The notes beneath the pieces were generated by a model, which saw only the letters and a list, made by a program, of their open reading frames with translations, did not search any database and was not told the origin of the DNA. Shown here piece by piece: positions 47,180 through 56,594 of a stretch of 64,000 bases of DNA (positions are counted from its first letter, which is position 1; every line of letters begins with the position of its first letter). The position numbers and the translations under genes are program-made. Location: assembly GCA_964343605.1 (NCBI GenBank), contig CAYFKJ010000001.1, positions 959,535-1,023,534 on the forward strand, read 5' to 3'. This DNA is from an uncultured Rhodospirillaceae bacterium. Lineage in GTDB: Bacteria; Pseudomonadota; Alphaproteobacteria; UBA2966.

Positions 47180-49609
47180 TCAGCCTCCGTCCGGTCGAAT
47201 GATGATGTTGCCGACGCCGTCCACCTCGCCGGTGTGGCCCGGCAGGATCAACGTCGTTGAATCCATTTCAGTCACGATAGCCGGGCCTTCGATGCGGTTG
47301 CCGGCCTGCAGTTTGCCGCGGTCGTAAATCTTGGCGCCGTGATCGGCGCCGTTGACGAAAACGGTCGTGTTCTCGTAGGCCGCCGCGCTCGCATCGGCGG
47401 AACCGGCGGCCAGTTTTTCAGCCTCAGCGCCACTGTCGCGGCCCTGCACCAGCGCCCGCAGATTGTAGAGCTCCTGCTCGGCATCCAAGGCGAATGTGAA
47501 GAGCTGTTCGTGCAATCCGTCGAAGCGCCGGCCCAGCTCGGCAAGTCCGCCGGAAGCGTATTCCTCGGGCGTGATGTCGACGGTCAGGCGCATCCCCTGG
47601 CCGGCGTAGCGCAGGTCGACCTGATAGAGCGTCGTCTGTTCGGCACGCGGCACGCCCTCGGCATTGAGCGTCTCCGCGGCATGCTCGGCCAGTTCCTCCA
47701 GGATGCCGCGCACTTCGACGTCGCTGGTTTCGGTAAAGCGGCGGACGAACGTGCGCGAGGCCTCGTTGCGCACCCGCGTCGTGGCATCGCCATAGGCACA
47801 AAGCACGCCCGGTCCCGGCGGGATGATCACCGGCCAGGAGTTCATCAGCCGGCCCAGCGCGTTGGCGTGCAAAGGCCCGGCGCCGCCGAAGCCGATCAGG
47901 GCGAAGTCGCGGGGATCGAAGCCCTGCTCGACCGAGACCAGGCGCAGTGCGCCGAACATGTTCTCGTTGACGATGTTGATGATGCCCTCGGCCGTCTCCT
48001 TGAGGCCCAGGCCCATGGCGTCGGCCACGGTCTTGACGGCGCGTTCGGCGGCCTGTCGATCGAGCTGCATGTCGCCGCCCAGCTTGGCTTCACCCGGAAG
48101 ATACCCCAGTACGACGTTGGCGTCGGTCACTGTCGGTTCTTCGCCGCCCTTGCCATAGGCCGCCGGGCCGGGTTCGGCACCAGCGCTTTGCGGGCCCACG
48201 CGCAGCGCCTTGGTGAGGTCCGGCACGTAGGCGATGGAACCGCCGCCCGCGCCGACCGTGCGCACGTCAACGGAGGAGGCCCGCACCGTGACGTCACCGA
48301 CGCGGGTTTCACGCCGCGTCTGGGCGATGCCGTTCTGGATCAGCGCCACATCGGTGGAAGTGCCGCCCATGTCGAAAGTAAGCAAATCCTCATAGCCCGC
48401 CTGCTTGGCCATCCAGATGGCGCCGGAGACACCGCCGGCGGGGCCGCTCATGAGCAGATTGACCGGTGTTTCCTTCGCCGCCTCGGCCGATGAAAGCCCG
48501 CCGTCCGAACGCAGAATATGTAGCTTCACGCCCTTCATCTGGCGGTCGAGTTCGGCGAACAGGTTTTCGATATAGGTCGAGACCACGGGCCGGATGTAGG
48601 AATTGACCACTGTCGTTTCGGTGCGTTCGTATTCGTACATCTCCGGCACCACTTCGGACGAGAGCGACACCGGTACGCCGGGCAGGATGCCTTCGGCGAT
48701 GGTGCGGATGCGCTGCTCGTGTTCGCCGTTGGTATAGGCGTTCATCAGCGACACCGTCAGCGCTTCGATGCCCCGGCCGTGGAGCTGCTGCAAATCCTCG
48801 CGCAGTTTGCCTTCGTTGAGGGGCTCGACGATTTCGCCGCCTGCGTCCATGCGTTCGTCCGCTTCGATCGTCAGTTCCAACGGCGCCAGCGGATCGGTCT
48901 TGTTGAAGATCACCCAGCCGCCCAGGCCGCCCGGCACGTAGGAGCGGGCGATCTGCAGGACCTGCTTGTAGCCCTTGGTTGCGATCAGGCCGACCTTGGC
49001 GCCGCTGGTCGTCAGCACCGTGTTGGTCGCGACCGTCGTGCCGTGCATGACGTGTCCGATGGCACTGGGCTGGATGCCGGCCAGGCCGCAGATACGCTCG
49101 ATACCGTTCAGCACCCCTTGCGAAGAATCCTGCGGCGTCGAAGGGACCTTGGCCGTGAAGGTATGGCCGCTCTGTTCCTCGATCAGCAGCAGATCGGTGA
49201 AGGTACCGCCGACATCAACGCCGAGGCGGTATTCGCCGCCCGACGGCGCACGCCGCTCCGTTCGTTCGGCCGGTGCCGGTGGCGGCGCGGGCGTCGGGGC
49301 TGGCGGCGGTGCACGCCGGGCTTCCGGAGCGGGCTCCTCCCTGCGGGCCACAGGAGCGGCGGGCGGCGCAGCGGGGGCGGCGGGTGGTGCGATGGTCGGC
49401 GCCGGCACGACGACGGGCGCCTCGGAAACCGGCGGCGGAGCAGGCGTTGGCGGCGGGGGTGCGGCCGGTGGCGGGGGTGCGGATCGGGCGACCGTGCTGC
49501 GCCGACGGATGGTCGATCCATCGCCGCCGCCCAAGCGGTCGAACTCCGATTTCATGTCGTCAAGCTGGTCGTCGAACCAGTTCGTCGTGCCGTTCCGTCT
49601 GTCCGTCAT
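47180..49609 (-). CDS. Hydantoinase A / oxoprolinase family subunit (HyuA-like, paralog 2) with ~130-aa Pro/Ala-rich N-terminal extension
   Basis: HyuA core from LGVDVGGTFTDLLLIE. The preceding ~130 aa are PPPPAAPPPPTPAPPPV-type low complexity. No alternative in-frame start was seen adjacent to the core. Confidence 0.82.
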   Translation of the reverse strand: MTDRRNGTTNWFDDQLDDMKSEFDRLGGGDGSTIRRRSTVARSAPPPPAAPPPPTPAPPPVSEAPVVVPAPTIAPPAAPAAPPAAPVARREEPAPEARRAPPPAPTPAPPPAPAERTERRAPSGGEYRLGVDVGGTFTDLLLIEEQSGHTFTAKVPSTPQDSSQGVLNGIERICGLAGIQPSAIGHVMHGTTVATNTVLTTSGAKVGLIATKGYKQVLQIARSYVPGGLGGWVIFNKTDPLAPLELTIEADERMDAGGEIVEPLNEGKLREDLQQLHGRGIEALTVSLMNAYTNGEHEQRIRTIAEGILPGVPVSLSSEVVPEMYEYERTETTVVNSYIRPVVSTYIENLFAELDRQMKGVKLHILRSDGGLSSAEAAKETPVNLLMSGPAGGVSGAIWMAKQAGYEDLLTFDMGGTSTDVALIQNGIAQTRRETRVGDVTVRASSVDVRTVGAGGGSIAYVPDLTKALRVGPQSAGAEPGPAAYGKGGEEPTVTDANVVLGYLPGEAKLGGDMQLDRQAAERAVKTVADAMGLGLKETAEGIINIVNENMFGALRLVSVEQGFDPRDFALIGFGGAGPLHANALGRLMNSWPVIIPPGPGVLCAYGDATTRVRNEASRTFVRRFTETSDVEVRGILEELAEHAAETLNAEGVPRAEQTTLYQVDLRYAGQGMRLTVDITPEEYASGGLAELGRRFDGLHEQLFTFALDAEQELYNLRALVQGRDSGAEAEKLAAGSADASAAAYENTTVFVNGADHGAKIYDRGKLQAGNRIEGPAIVTEMDSTTLILPGHTGEVDGVGNIIIRPDGG

Positions 49610-49624
49610 GCCTCTTTTCGCCCT

Positions 49625-50287
49625 TTATGTCTCGTTGCGCCCCCGCCAGTTTTCGATCCAGTCGATGGCGTCGTCTGCCGTGGTGACGTCGCAGTAGCGC
49701 CGTTCGACGTCACGCAGGTTGTCATGATGTGGTCTTTCATCCTGATCGCCGACGCAGTCCTCCGGCACGATGGTGCGGAAGCCCCACTGGAAGCTGTCGA
49801 TGACCGTAGCCCGGATGCAGCCCGACGTGACGCAGCCCGTGACGATCACGGTGTCGACGTTCTCCTTGTTGAGATAGGCCGCCGCCGGGGTCTGGAAGAA
49901 GAACGAGGCGCCGGTTTTGCGCAAGGCGACATCGTAATCGGGATCATAGAGCCGGGGGTCCAGTTCGGTGGACGGATGGCCTTCGACCAGATCCTCCAGC
50001 ACCGCCGCGACCTTCCAGTAAGGCATATCCTTCTTGGAATTATAGGCCGTGTAGCAGGTCGCTACCGGCACACCGCTGCGCCTTGCCACCTCTAGCAATC
50101 GTTCGGTGTTGTCGACGGCGCGTTTGATCAAAGGCGCCCCGCCGAGCGGGTATTGCGGATCGGTGAAGGCGGTCTGGAAATCCACGACGATGACGCCCGG
50201 CTTGTTTCCGTAACCTATGCTGTGGGCTCCGTACGTGCGGTCCCTGTAGACCGCAGCGGATTCGTCGCTGACGCCGCTGTCGCTCAA
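49625..50287 (-). CDS. Isochorismatase-family cysteine hydrolase (paralog 2)
   Basis: 220 aa. VIVVDFQTAF (Asp) ... VIVTGCVTSGCIRATVID (Cys). Confidence 0.8.
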   Translation of the reverse strand: MSDSGVSDESAAVYRDRTYGAHSIGYGNKPGVIVVDFQTAFTDPQYPLGGAPLIKRAVDNTERLLEVARRSGVPVATCYTAYNSKKDMPYWKVAAVLEDLVEGHPSTELDPRLYDPDYDVALRKTGASFFFQTPAAAYLNKENVDTVIVTGCVTSGCIRATVIDSFQWGFRTIVPEDCVGDQDERPHHDNLRDVERRYCDVTTADDAIDWIENWRGRNET

Positions 50288-50425
50288 CTAGTCCTCCCCT
50301 ATGGTCGGCGCAGCCCTGCGCTGGCGTGAGCTGCTGCCTTTGTACCCAAGATGGTCCCCGATAAGGGGTTGGCTGGTCAACCTCGGAATCCGGACCTCGC
50401 CGGGTCGTGATCCGCCCCGTGGTGG

Positions 50426-51970
50426 TTATGTCCCGAGCACTTGCTCCCTCAGAACGCGTTTCAGCACCTTGCCGGTGGCATTTCGCGGCAGTTCGTCCAT
50501 GAAGACCAATTGGCGGGGGATTTTGAACTTGGCCAGCTTGCCGTGGCAGTGCTCCAAGATGTCGTCGATCGTCAATTCGACGCCATCCTTGGTGACGGCG
50601 ACGGCGCATCCGATTTCGCCCCACTTTTCGTCCGGCACGCCGATCACCGCGACATCAGCGAGTTGATCGAGCTTGAACAACACGCTTTCGACCTCCGCCG
50701 GATAGACGTTCTCGCCGCCCGAGATGTACATGTCCTTCCAACGGTCGACGATGTAGTAGTGACCTTCCGCGTCGATGCGGCAGGCGTCGCCGGTGCGGAA
50801 CCAGCCGTCGGTGAAGCTGTCCACGTTAGCCTCCGGGCGGTTCCAATAGCCCGGCGTGATGTTGGGACCGCGCACCCACAATTCACCGTTTTCGTCGATC
50901 CCGGCATCGGTGCCGTCCTCACGCACGATGCGCGCCTCGGCATGCAAGGCAAGCTTGCCGCAGGAGCCGGGCTTGGTGAGCGCCATATCGCGGTCCTGGG
51001 CGAACACCAGCGGGCTGGTCTCCGTCATGCCGTAGCCCTGCTGCAGGGCGATGCCGACGCCTTCGTAGGCCTCCAAAAGAGGCAGGGGGGTCGGCGCCCC
51101 ACCGATGCCGGCGGCCACGAGACGCGAGAAATCCGTTGTGGCGAAGTCGGGATGTTGGCTCATAAAGAGATAGTTGGCCGGCACGCCGAAGAAGTGGGTG
51201 ACCCCCTCTTCCGGATCGCCGATCAGCCGAAGCATCTCCCCCGGCTCGAAGGCCCGCGCCACCAGCACCGTCCCACCGGTGTGCAGCACCACCGAGGCAT
51301 AGCAGTTGAGCCCGCCGGTGTGAAAGAGCGGCAGGATGGCCAGTGCCACGCTGCCTGCCGTGATGTGGGTCGACATGGCCAGATTGACGGCGTTGTAGAA
51401 CGTCATGCGGTAGGTGTTGATGGCGCCCTTCGGAAGACCCGTGGTGCCGGAGGTGTACATGATAGTCCAGGTATCGTCGTGGCTGAGTTCGACCGGTTCG
51501 GGGTCGCCGTCCGCCCCGGCAATGGCCGCCTCATACGGCGTGTCGCCGCCGCCGCCCGTGGTTTCGATACAATGCGGTAGATCGATCAGGTCCTGCAATT
51601 CCGCCACTTCGTCCGCGAAGGCGCGGTCGAAGACGAAGGCAGCGGGGCCGGCATCCTCGATGATGAATTTGAGCTCCGTCACCGTGAGGCGCCAGTTGAG
51701 CGGCAGGTAGATCGCCCCGATCTTGGCGCAGGCGAACTGAACTTCCAGCATGTCGGTGGAATTCATCGCCAGAACGCCGATGCGGTCGCCCTTTTGGATG
51801 CCGCAGTTATTCTGCAAGTAGACGCCCAGTCGGGCCGCCCGCTCATTGGCTTCGGCGTAGGTGAAGCGCCGGTTGGAGTGAAGATCGACCCAGGCCGTCT
51901 GGCCGGGCGTACGCTCGGCGTGACACGCCAGCCAGTCGTAGTAACGAACGCTCATTCCCGTTTCCCCCAA
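50426..51970 (-). CDS. AMP-dependent synthetase/ligase (acyl-CoA synthetase family)
   Basis: 514 aa. AMP-binding motif IMYTSGTTGLPKG. Motifs II/III (YGMTETS; GWFRTGD). Confidence 0.88.
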   Translation of the reverse strand: MGETGMSVRYYDWLACHAERTPGQTAWVDLHSNRRFTYAEANERAARLGVYLQNNCGIQKGDRIGVLAMNSTDMLEVQFACAKIGAIYLPLNWRLTVTELKFIIEDAGPAAFVFDRAFADEVAELQDLIDLPHCIETTGGGGDTPYEAAIAGADGDPEPVELSHDDTWTIMYTSGTTGLPKGAINTYRMTFYNAVNLAMSTHITAGSVALAILPLFHTGGLNCYASVVLHTGGTVLVARAFEPGEMLRLIGDPEEGVTHFFGVPANYLFMSQHPDFATTDFSRLVAAGIGGAPTPLPLLEAYEGVGIALQQGYGMTETSPLVFAQDRDMALTKPGSCGKLALHAEARIVREDGTDAGIDENGELWVRGPNITPGYWNRPEANVDSFTDGWFRTGDACRIDAEGHYYIVDRWKDMYISGGENVYPAEVESVLFKLDQLADVAVIGVPDEKWGEIGCAVAVTKDGVELTIDDILEHCHGKLAKFKIPRQLVFMDELPRNATGKVLKRVLREQVLGT

Positions 51971-51980
51971 GAATTCCTGG

Positions 51981-53762
51981 CTACATGGGCCAGACCCACA
52001 AGATCATCGGTATGGCAACAATGCAGATCAGGACCTCCAACGGCAAGCCCATGCGCCAGTAATCCGAGAAGCGGTAACCGCCCGGCCCCATGACGAGGGC
52101 GTTGTTCTTGTGGCCGATGGGCGTGAGGAAGGCGCAGCTTGCCGCCACCGCCACGGCCATCAGGAAGCTGTCGGGATTGGCGTCGAGAGCCTTGGAAAGG
52201 TCCATCGCGATGGGCGCCATCATGACGGCCGTCGCCACGTTGTTCATCAGGTCCGACAGCGTCATGGTCACGAGGAAGAGGGCGAACAGGATGACGGCGG
52301 GCGCCAGGCCGCTGCCGATTTCCAGCATGGCGCCGGTGATCAGCCCGGTGGCGCCCGTGGCTTCCAGTGCGCCGCCGATTGGGATCATTGCGCCCACCAG
52401 GACGATGACCGGCCAATCGATGGAATCGTAAAGATCGCGCAAGGGTACGATGCGGCAAAGCACCATGCCGAGCGCCGCCGTGGCGAGCGCGATGGTCAGG
52501 CTGGTCCAGCCGAGCGCCGTGATGCCGACCGCCCCCGCCAACAGGGAAACGGCGATCCAGGCCTGGTGGCGCTTGCCCATCTGCAGCTTGCGCGGCGCCA
52601 ACGGCCAGAGCCCGAGCCGGGCGAAGCGGCGGTACATGCCGTCACTTGCGGCCTGCAGCAGGAGGATGTCGCCGGCCCGGAAGTTGAGCTGATGCAGGCG
52701 GTTGCGGATCGGTTTGCCCTGGCGCGAAACGCCGAGGAGATTGAGGCCGTAGCGCGACTTGAGTCGCATGTCGCCGATGCGGCGGCCGACGATGCGGCTG
52801 TCGGGGGAGACCGAAACCTCCACCAGCACCACATCGTCGGAGGCGAACAGCGCCTTGTCCTTTTCCACGTCGCCCTTGATGTCGGCGCCGATCTGGTGGG
52901 CGAACTTGTCCAGTTCCTCCGCCCCCGTCTCCAGCAGGAGGATATCGTTCGCCTTGATTTCCATGCCGCGCGCCAGACGCAGCATGCGGCTGTGGTTGCG
53001 GATCAGACCGGCGATGCGGGCGCCGCATTCGTCGGCGACGACCTCCAGGTCGGCCACCTTCATGCCGTCGGCGGCGCTGCCCTCGGTCACCACGACCTCG
53101 GCCACGTAATCGTCGATCTCGAACAACTCCTCGGCCGCCGACTTGGCGGTGCGCTCCTTGGGCAGGAGCCGCCAGCCGACGAACGCCAGGAACACCACGC
53201 CCGCCGCCGCCACGGCCAGCCCCACCGGCGCGAAGTCGAACATGGCGAACGGCGCGCCGAGCGCGTCCTCGCGATAATGGGCGATAACGATGTTGGGCGG
53301 CGTACCGATCAGGGTGATCAGCCCGCCGAGGATGGAACCGAACGACAACGGCATCAGCAGCAGCGAGGGCGAGCGCCCGACCTTCTTGGCGCTTTCCATG
53401 GCGGTGGGCATCAAAAGCGCCAGCGCCGCCACGTTGTTCATGGCCGCCGACAGCAGCGCCGCGAAGCCCGACATGGCGCCGATCTGCAGCGCCAGGGTCT
53501 GCACCGGCGGCACCACGAGATGGGCGATGCGGTCGATGGCGCCCGAAGCCGACAGTCCGCGGCTGATCACCAGCACCGCCGCCACCGTGATCACCGCCGG
53601 ATTGGAGAACCCGTCGAAGGCATTGTCGGCCGGCACGACGCCCAAAAACACCGCCACGATCAACGCCCCGAAGGCCACGATGTCGTACCGCAACCGCCCC
53701 CAGACGAAGAACCCGAAGACCCCCGCCAGGATGGCGAAGATACCGATTTGCTCAAATGTCAT
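51981..53762 (-). CDS. SLC13/DASS-family anion transporter with two central TrkA-C domains
   Basis: 593 aa. TM repeats flanking a soluble region with TrkA_C-like segments (e.g. GRRIGDMRLKSRYGLNLLGVSRQG). Confidence 0.85.
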   Translation of the reverse strand: MTFEQIGIFAILAGVFGFFVWGRLRYDIVAFGALIVAVFLGVVPADNAFDGFSNPAVITVAAVLVISRGLSASGAIDRIAHLVVPPVQTLALQIGAMSGFAALLSAAMNNVAALALLMPTAMESAKKVGRSPSLLLMPLSFGSILGGLITLIGTPPNIVIAHYREDALGAPFAMFDFAPVGLAVAAAGVVFLAFVGWRLLPKERTAKSAAEELFEIDDYVAEVVVTEGSAADGMKVADLEVVADECGARIAGLIRNHSRMLRLARGMEIKANDILLLETGAEELDKFAHQIGADIKGDVEKDKALFASDDVVLVEVSVSPDSRIVGRRIGDMRLKSRYGLNLLGVSRQGKPIRNRLHQLNFRAGDILLLQAASDGMYRRFARLGLWPLAPRKLQMGKRHQAWIAVSLLAGAVGITALGWTSLTIALATAALGMVLCRIVPLRDLYDSIDWPVIVLVGAMIPIGGALEATGATGLITGAMLEIGSGLAPAVILFALFLVTMTLSDLMNNVATAVMMAPIAMDLSKALDANPDSFLMAVAVAASCAFLTPIGHKNNALVMGPGGYRFSDYWRMGLPLEVLICIVAIPMILWVWPM

Positions 53763-53816
53763 GCAGGGACGATAGCGGGCCCGAGACGGACTTGCAAAAC
53801 CGTTGGGTGATCCAGA

Positions 53817-55130
53817 CTACCGCCGCATGGCGACGTCGCCGCCGCATTTGTGATTGTTGCCGTCCCAGGGGCCGGTCCAGGCGCCGTTGCGGTAGCGCAG
53901 TTCGAATTGCACCAGCATGTAGCCGATGGTCATGCTGCCGATAACGCGCTTGTCCGAACCGGCGCCGCGGACCCTGCCCTCGAAATGGGGAAAGGGATTG
54001 TCCGGGCTGATGAGCTTACCGTCGTGGACGATGACCGTGAATTCGGCGGGCGGCGACATGCACATGCCGTTTTCGTTGGCGTCGGGGCCGCTGATCTCCA
54101 TGATCCATTTATCCACCGGCGGTTTCTTGGGCGGGGCCGGCTTGGGCGCGGGTTGGGGCGTCACGCGGGCCTGCTGCACCGGCTTCGGCGCCGGCTTGGG
54201 TTTGACCGGCGCGGGTTTCGCAACGGCCGCTGGCCGGCGCTTCGTCGGAAGGGCGGCGACCAGGACGGTGTCGTCCGAGCCCTTGACCCAGGCGTTCTGG
54301 TGGCGGCCGTATTCGCGCCGCGCCGCCCGTGTCATGCGGTCGTCGAGGTAATCGCGCACCTCCGCCATCGTCACCTTGCCGTCGGCGTTGCTGTATTCCT
54401 CACGATCCGCCTGACCGTAAAGCGCATCCATGAGATGCTTGGTGAACATGCCGCGCTTGGCCTTGAAATCCCACGAGGCCACCTGGTCCCCCTGGGCGGC
54501 GGTGATCACCGTCATGCGGCTAGTGGGCTGGGACGGCATTTTCGGCGCGATGGTGATGCCCGAGGTGGCGCGCACCAGCATGCCCTGCTGGCTGTCGCCG
54601 GAAAAACAGGCGTCGAGGAAGACAGACATCGACTTGACGTCCAGCTTGGCAAGATTGGCGAACAGTACGTCGACGGGATAACCGTTAATCTCAGGCGCAT
54701 TGGGATCGGCATCGACGGGCAGCAGATAGCCCCGCTGGTCTTTGAGACCAGGCACGCCATGCCCCGAATAGAACACGGTCACGTCGGACTTGCCCTTGGG
54801 ATCGATGTAGCGCCAAAGCTTGCCTTCGTGGGTTTGCCGGTTGCCGAAGGCGGCCTGCAAGTCCGCCTGCGTGGCATTGCGCAGATCGATCACGTTGTCC
54901 GGATCGTAGCCCAGAACGTCGATCACGAATGACTTGAAGTCGTCGGCGTCGTTCAGCGCGAAGTCGACATCGGGAATGCGGTCCTTGTAATCCTTGTTGC
55001 CGATGATGACGGCGACCGCGTACTTGTTGAGGGCGGCTGAAAAGGCGGTGGCCGGAGGCAAAAGACCGGCGGCAAAGCCGACCAGGGCCGCCAGGGCAAT
55101 CCACTGCTGCTTGAAACGCCGGAAATCCAT
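53817..55130 (-). CDS. Secreted caspase-family (peptidase C14, orthocaspase-like) protein with Pro-rich linker and C-terminal domain of unknown function
   Basis: Signal peptide. Caspase catalytic dyad motifs FYSGHG (His) and FLDACFSG (Cys). PAPVKPKPAPKPV...PKPAPPKKPP linker. C-terminal ~110 aa uncharacterised (…GMCMSPPAEFTVIVHDGK…WDGNNHKCGGDVAMRR). Confidence 0.7.
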   Translation of the reverse strand: MDFRRFKQQWIALAALVGFAAGLLPPATAFSAALNKYAVAVIIGNKDYKDRIPDVDFALNDADDFKSFVIDVLGYDPDNVIDLRNATQADLQAAFGNRQTHEGKLWRYIDPKGKSDVTVFYSGHGVPGLKDQRGYLLPVDADPNAPEINGYPVDVLFANLAKLDVKSMSVFLDACFSGDSQQGMLVRATSGITIAPKMPSQPTSRMTVITAAQGDQVASWDFKAKRGMFTKHLMDALYGQADREEYSNADGKVTMAEVRDYLDDRMTRAARREYGRHQNAWVKGSDDTVLVAALPTKRRPAAVAKPAPVKPKPAPKPVQQARVTPQPAPKPAPPKKPPVDKWIMEISGPDANENGMCMSPPAEFTVIVHDGKLISPDNPFPHFEGRVRGAGSDKRVIGSMTIGYMLVQFELRYRNGAWTGPWDGNNHKCGGDVAMRR

Positions 55131-55244
55131 ATGGGCCTCGATGTTCTGTCGAGCATTCGGAACGCGTATGCCGAATTACCCATCCTATCGAATAACGCCG
55201 ATAACCTCCAGCAACCGCGGCGGAGGTCCGGATTTCCGCCGCCG

Positions 55245-56588
55245 CTAAAACATCGTTCGGGGCAGCAGCAGCGACAGAACTGGGAAGATCACGATCAGGG
55301 CGAAGACGATGATGTCCATGGCCAGGAAGTTGATCACGCCGCGGAAGATGGTGTGCACGGGCGCTGTCTTGCCGACCACGCTGCCGATGATGAAGACGTT
55401 CAATCCGACGGGCGGCGTAATCAGGCCGATTTCCAGGAGCTTGACGACGACCACGCCGAACCAGATCAGATCGAGGCCCATGCCCTCGATCAACGGGATC
55501 ACGAAGGGCAAGGTCAGCAGCATGATGCCGATGGGATCGAGGAACATGCCCATGATCAGATAGAGGATGACGATCACAAAGAGGACCGCCCAATCGGCCA
55601 TCTGGTAGTACTCGGTTAGCGCCACGACCTCGCGCGTAAGACCGGTGAGCGAGACGAAGGCCACGAACATCTTGGCTCCGGCGGCGATGAAGAAGATCGA
55701 TGCGGTCTGCAGCGCCGTCTCCCGCATGGCCGAGACGAAGTTCTTCCAGGACAGTTTCCGCGAGATAAACCCGTAGGCCGTGGCGATGGCGACGCAGACG
55801 GCGGCCGCCTCGGTGGCCGTGAAGACGCCGCCGTAAATGCCGCCGATGATGACGGTGAACAGCAGGAACGCGGGCCAGGCGCGGTAGGCCGCCTTCCAGC
55901 GCTGCATGGCGGTGATTTCTTCATCCGCCGTGGGCCCGTCCAGGGGCCGGATCCTGGTCCAGATGAAGATGACGATGATAAAACCCAGCAACGACATGAG
56001 GCCGGGGATGACGCCTGCCAGGAAAAGCTTGTTGACCGAGGTTTCCGTAAACAGCCCGTAAAGGATGAACAGCACGCTGGGCGGAATCAGCGATCCCAGG
56101 GTGCCGCCGACGGCGACCGTGGACGTCGCGAGCTGCGTCGAATACCTGAAGCGCAGCATCTCGGGAATGCAGATGCGGCCCATGGCGGCGGCGCAAGCGA
56201 CGCTGGATCCGGTGATGGCCGAAAAACCGCCGCAGCCGACGACCGAGGCCATGGCGAGCCCGCCCGGCACCTTGGAGAGCCAGACCCGGCCGGCGTAATA
56301 GATCTCGGTGGTAATTTCCGAATGATAGGCGATGTGGCCGAGGGCGATGAACAGCGGCACCAGGCTCAAGGGATAGGAATGCAGGAATTCGAAGGCGTTG
56401 GACGATATCAGCGCCAATGTGGGATGCAGCGCCCTGACGTACTGGAATTCGTCGCCGTACTTGAAGCCGAAAAAGAGATAGGTGCAGGAAATCGCCAGGC
56501 CGGCCAGCGCAAAGCCGATCGGCACGCGCAATGCCATCATAAAGAGCGCAATCAGAAAGCCGACCAGGCCGATCGTCGTGGGATCCAT
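55245..56588 (-). CDS. dctM: TRAP transporter large permease subunit (DctM family)
   Basis: 447 aa, about 12 TM. DctM family conserved segments. Confidence 0.88.
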   Translation of the reverse strand: MDPTTIGLVGFLIALFMMALRVPIGFALAGLAISCTYLFFGFKYGDEFQYVRALHPTLALISSNAFEFLHSYPLSLVPLFIALGHIAYHSEITTEIYYAGRVWLSKVPGGLAMASVVGCGGFSAITGSSVACAAAMGRICIPEMLRFRYSTQLATSTVAVGGTLGSLIPPSVLFILYGLFTETSVNKLFLAGVIPGLMSLLGFIIVIFIWTRIRPLDGPTADEEITAMQRWKAAYRAWPAFLLFTVIIGGIYGGVFTATEAAAVCVAIATAYGFISRKLSWKNFVSAMRETALQTASIFFIAAGAKMFVAFVSLTGLTREVVALTEYYQMADWAVLFVIVILYLIMGMFLDPIGIMLLTLPFVIPLIEGMGLDLIWFGVVVVKLLEIGLITPPVGLNVFIIGSVVGKTAPVHTIFRGVINFLAMDIIVFALIVIFPVLSLLLPRTMF

Positions 56589-56594
56589 GGTGTA

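Noticed and set aside
48719-50095. 458-aa plus-strand ORF
   Set aside because: Antisense to the hyuA-like paralog 2 and isochorismatase genes. Low-complexity Arg/Gly.
52110-53810. 566-aa plus-strand ORF
   Set aside because: Antisense to the SLC13 transporter gene. Extremely Arg/Gly/His/Asp-rich.
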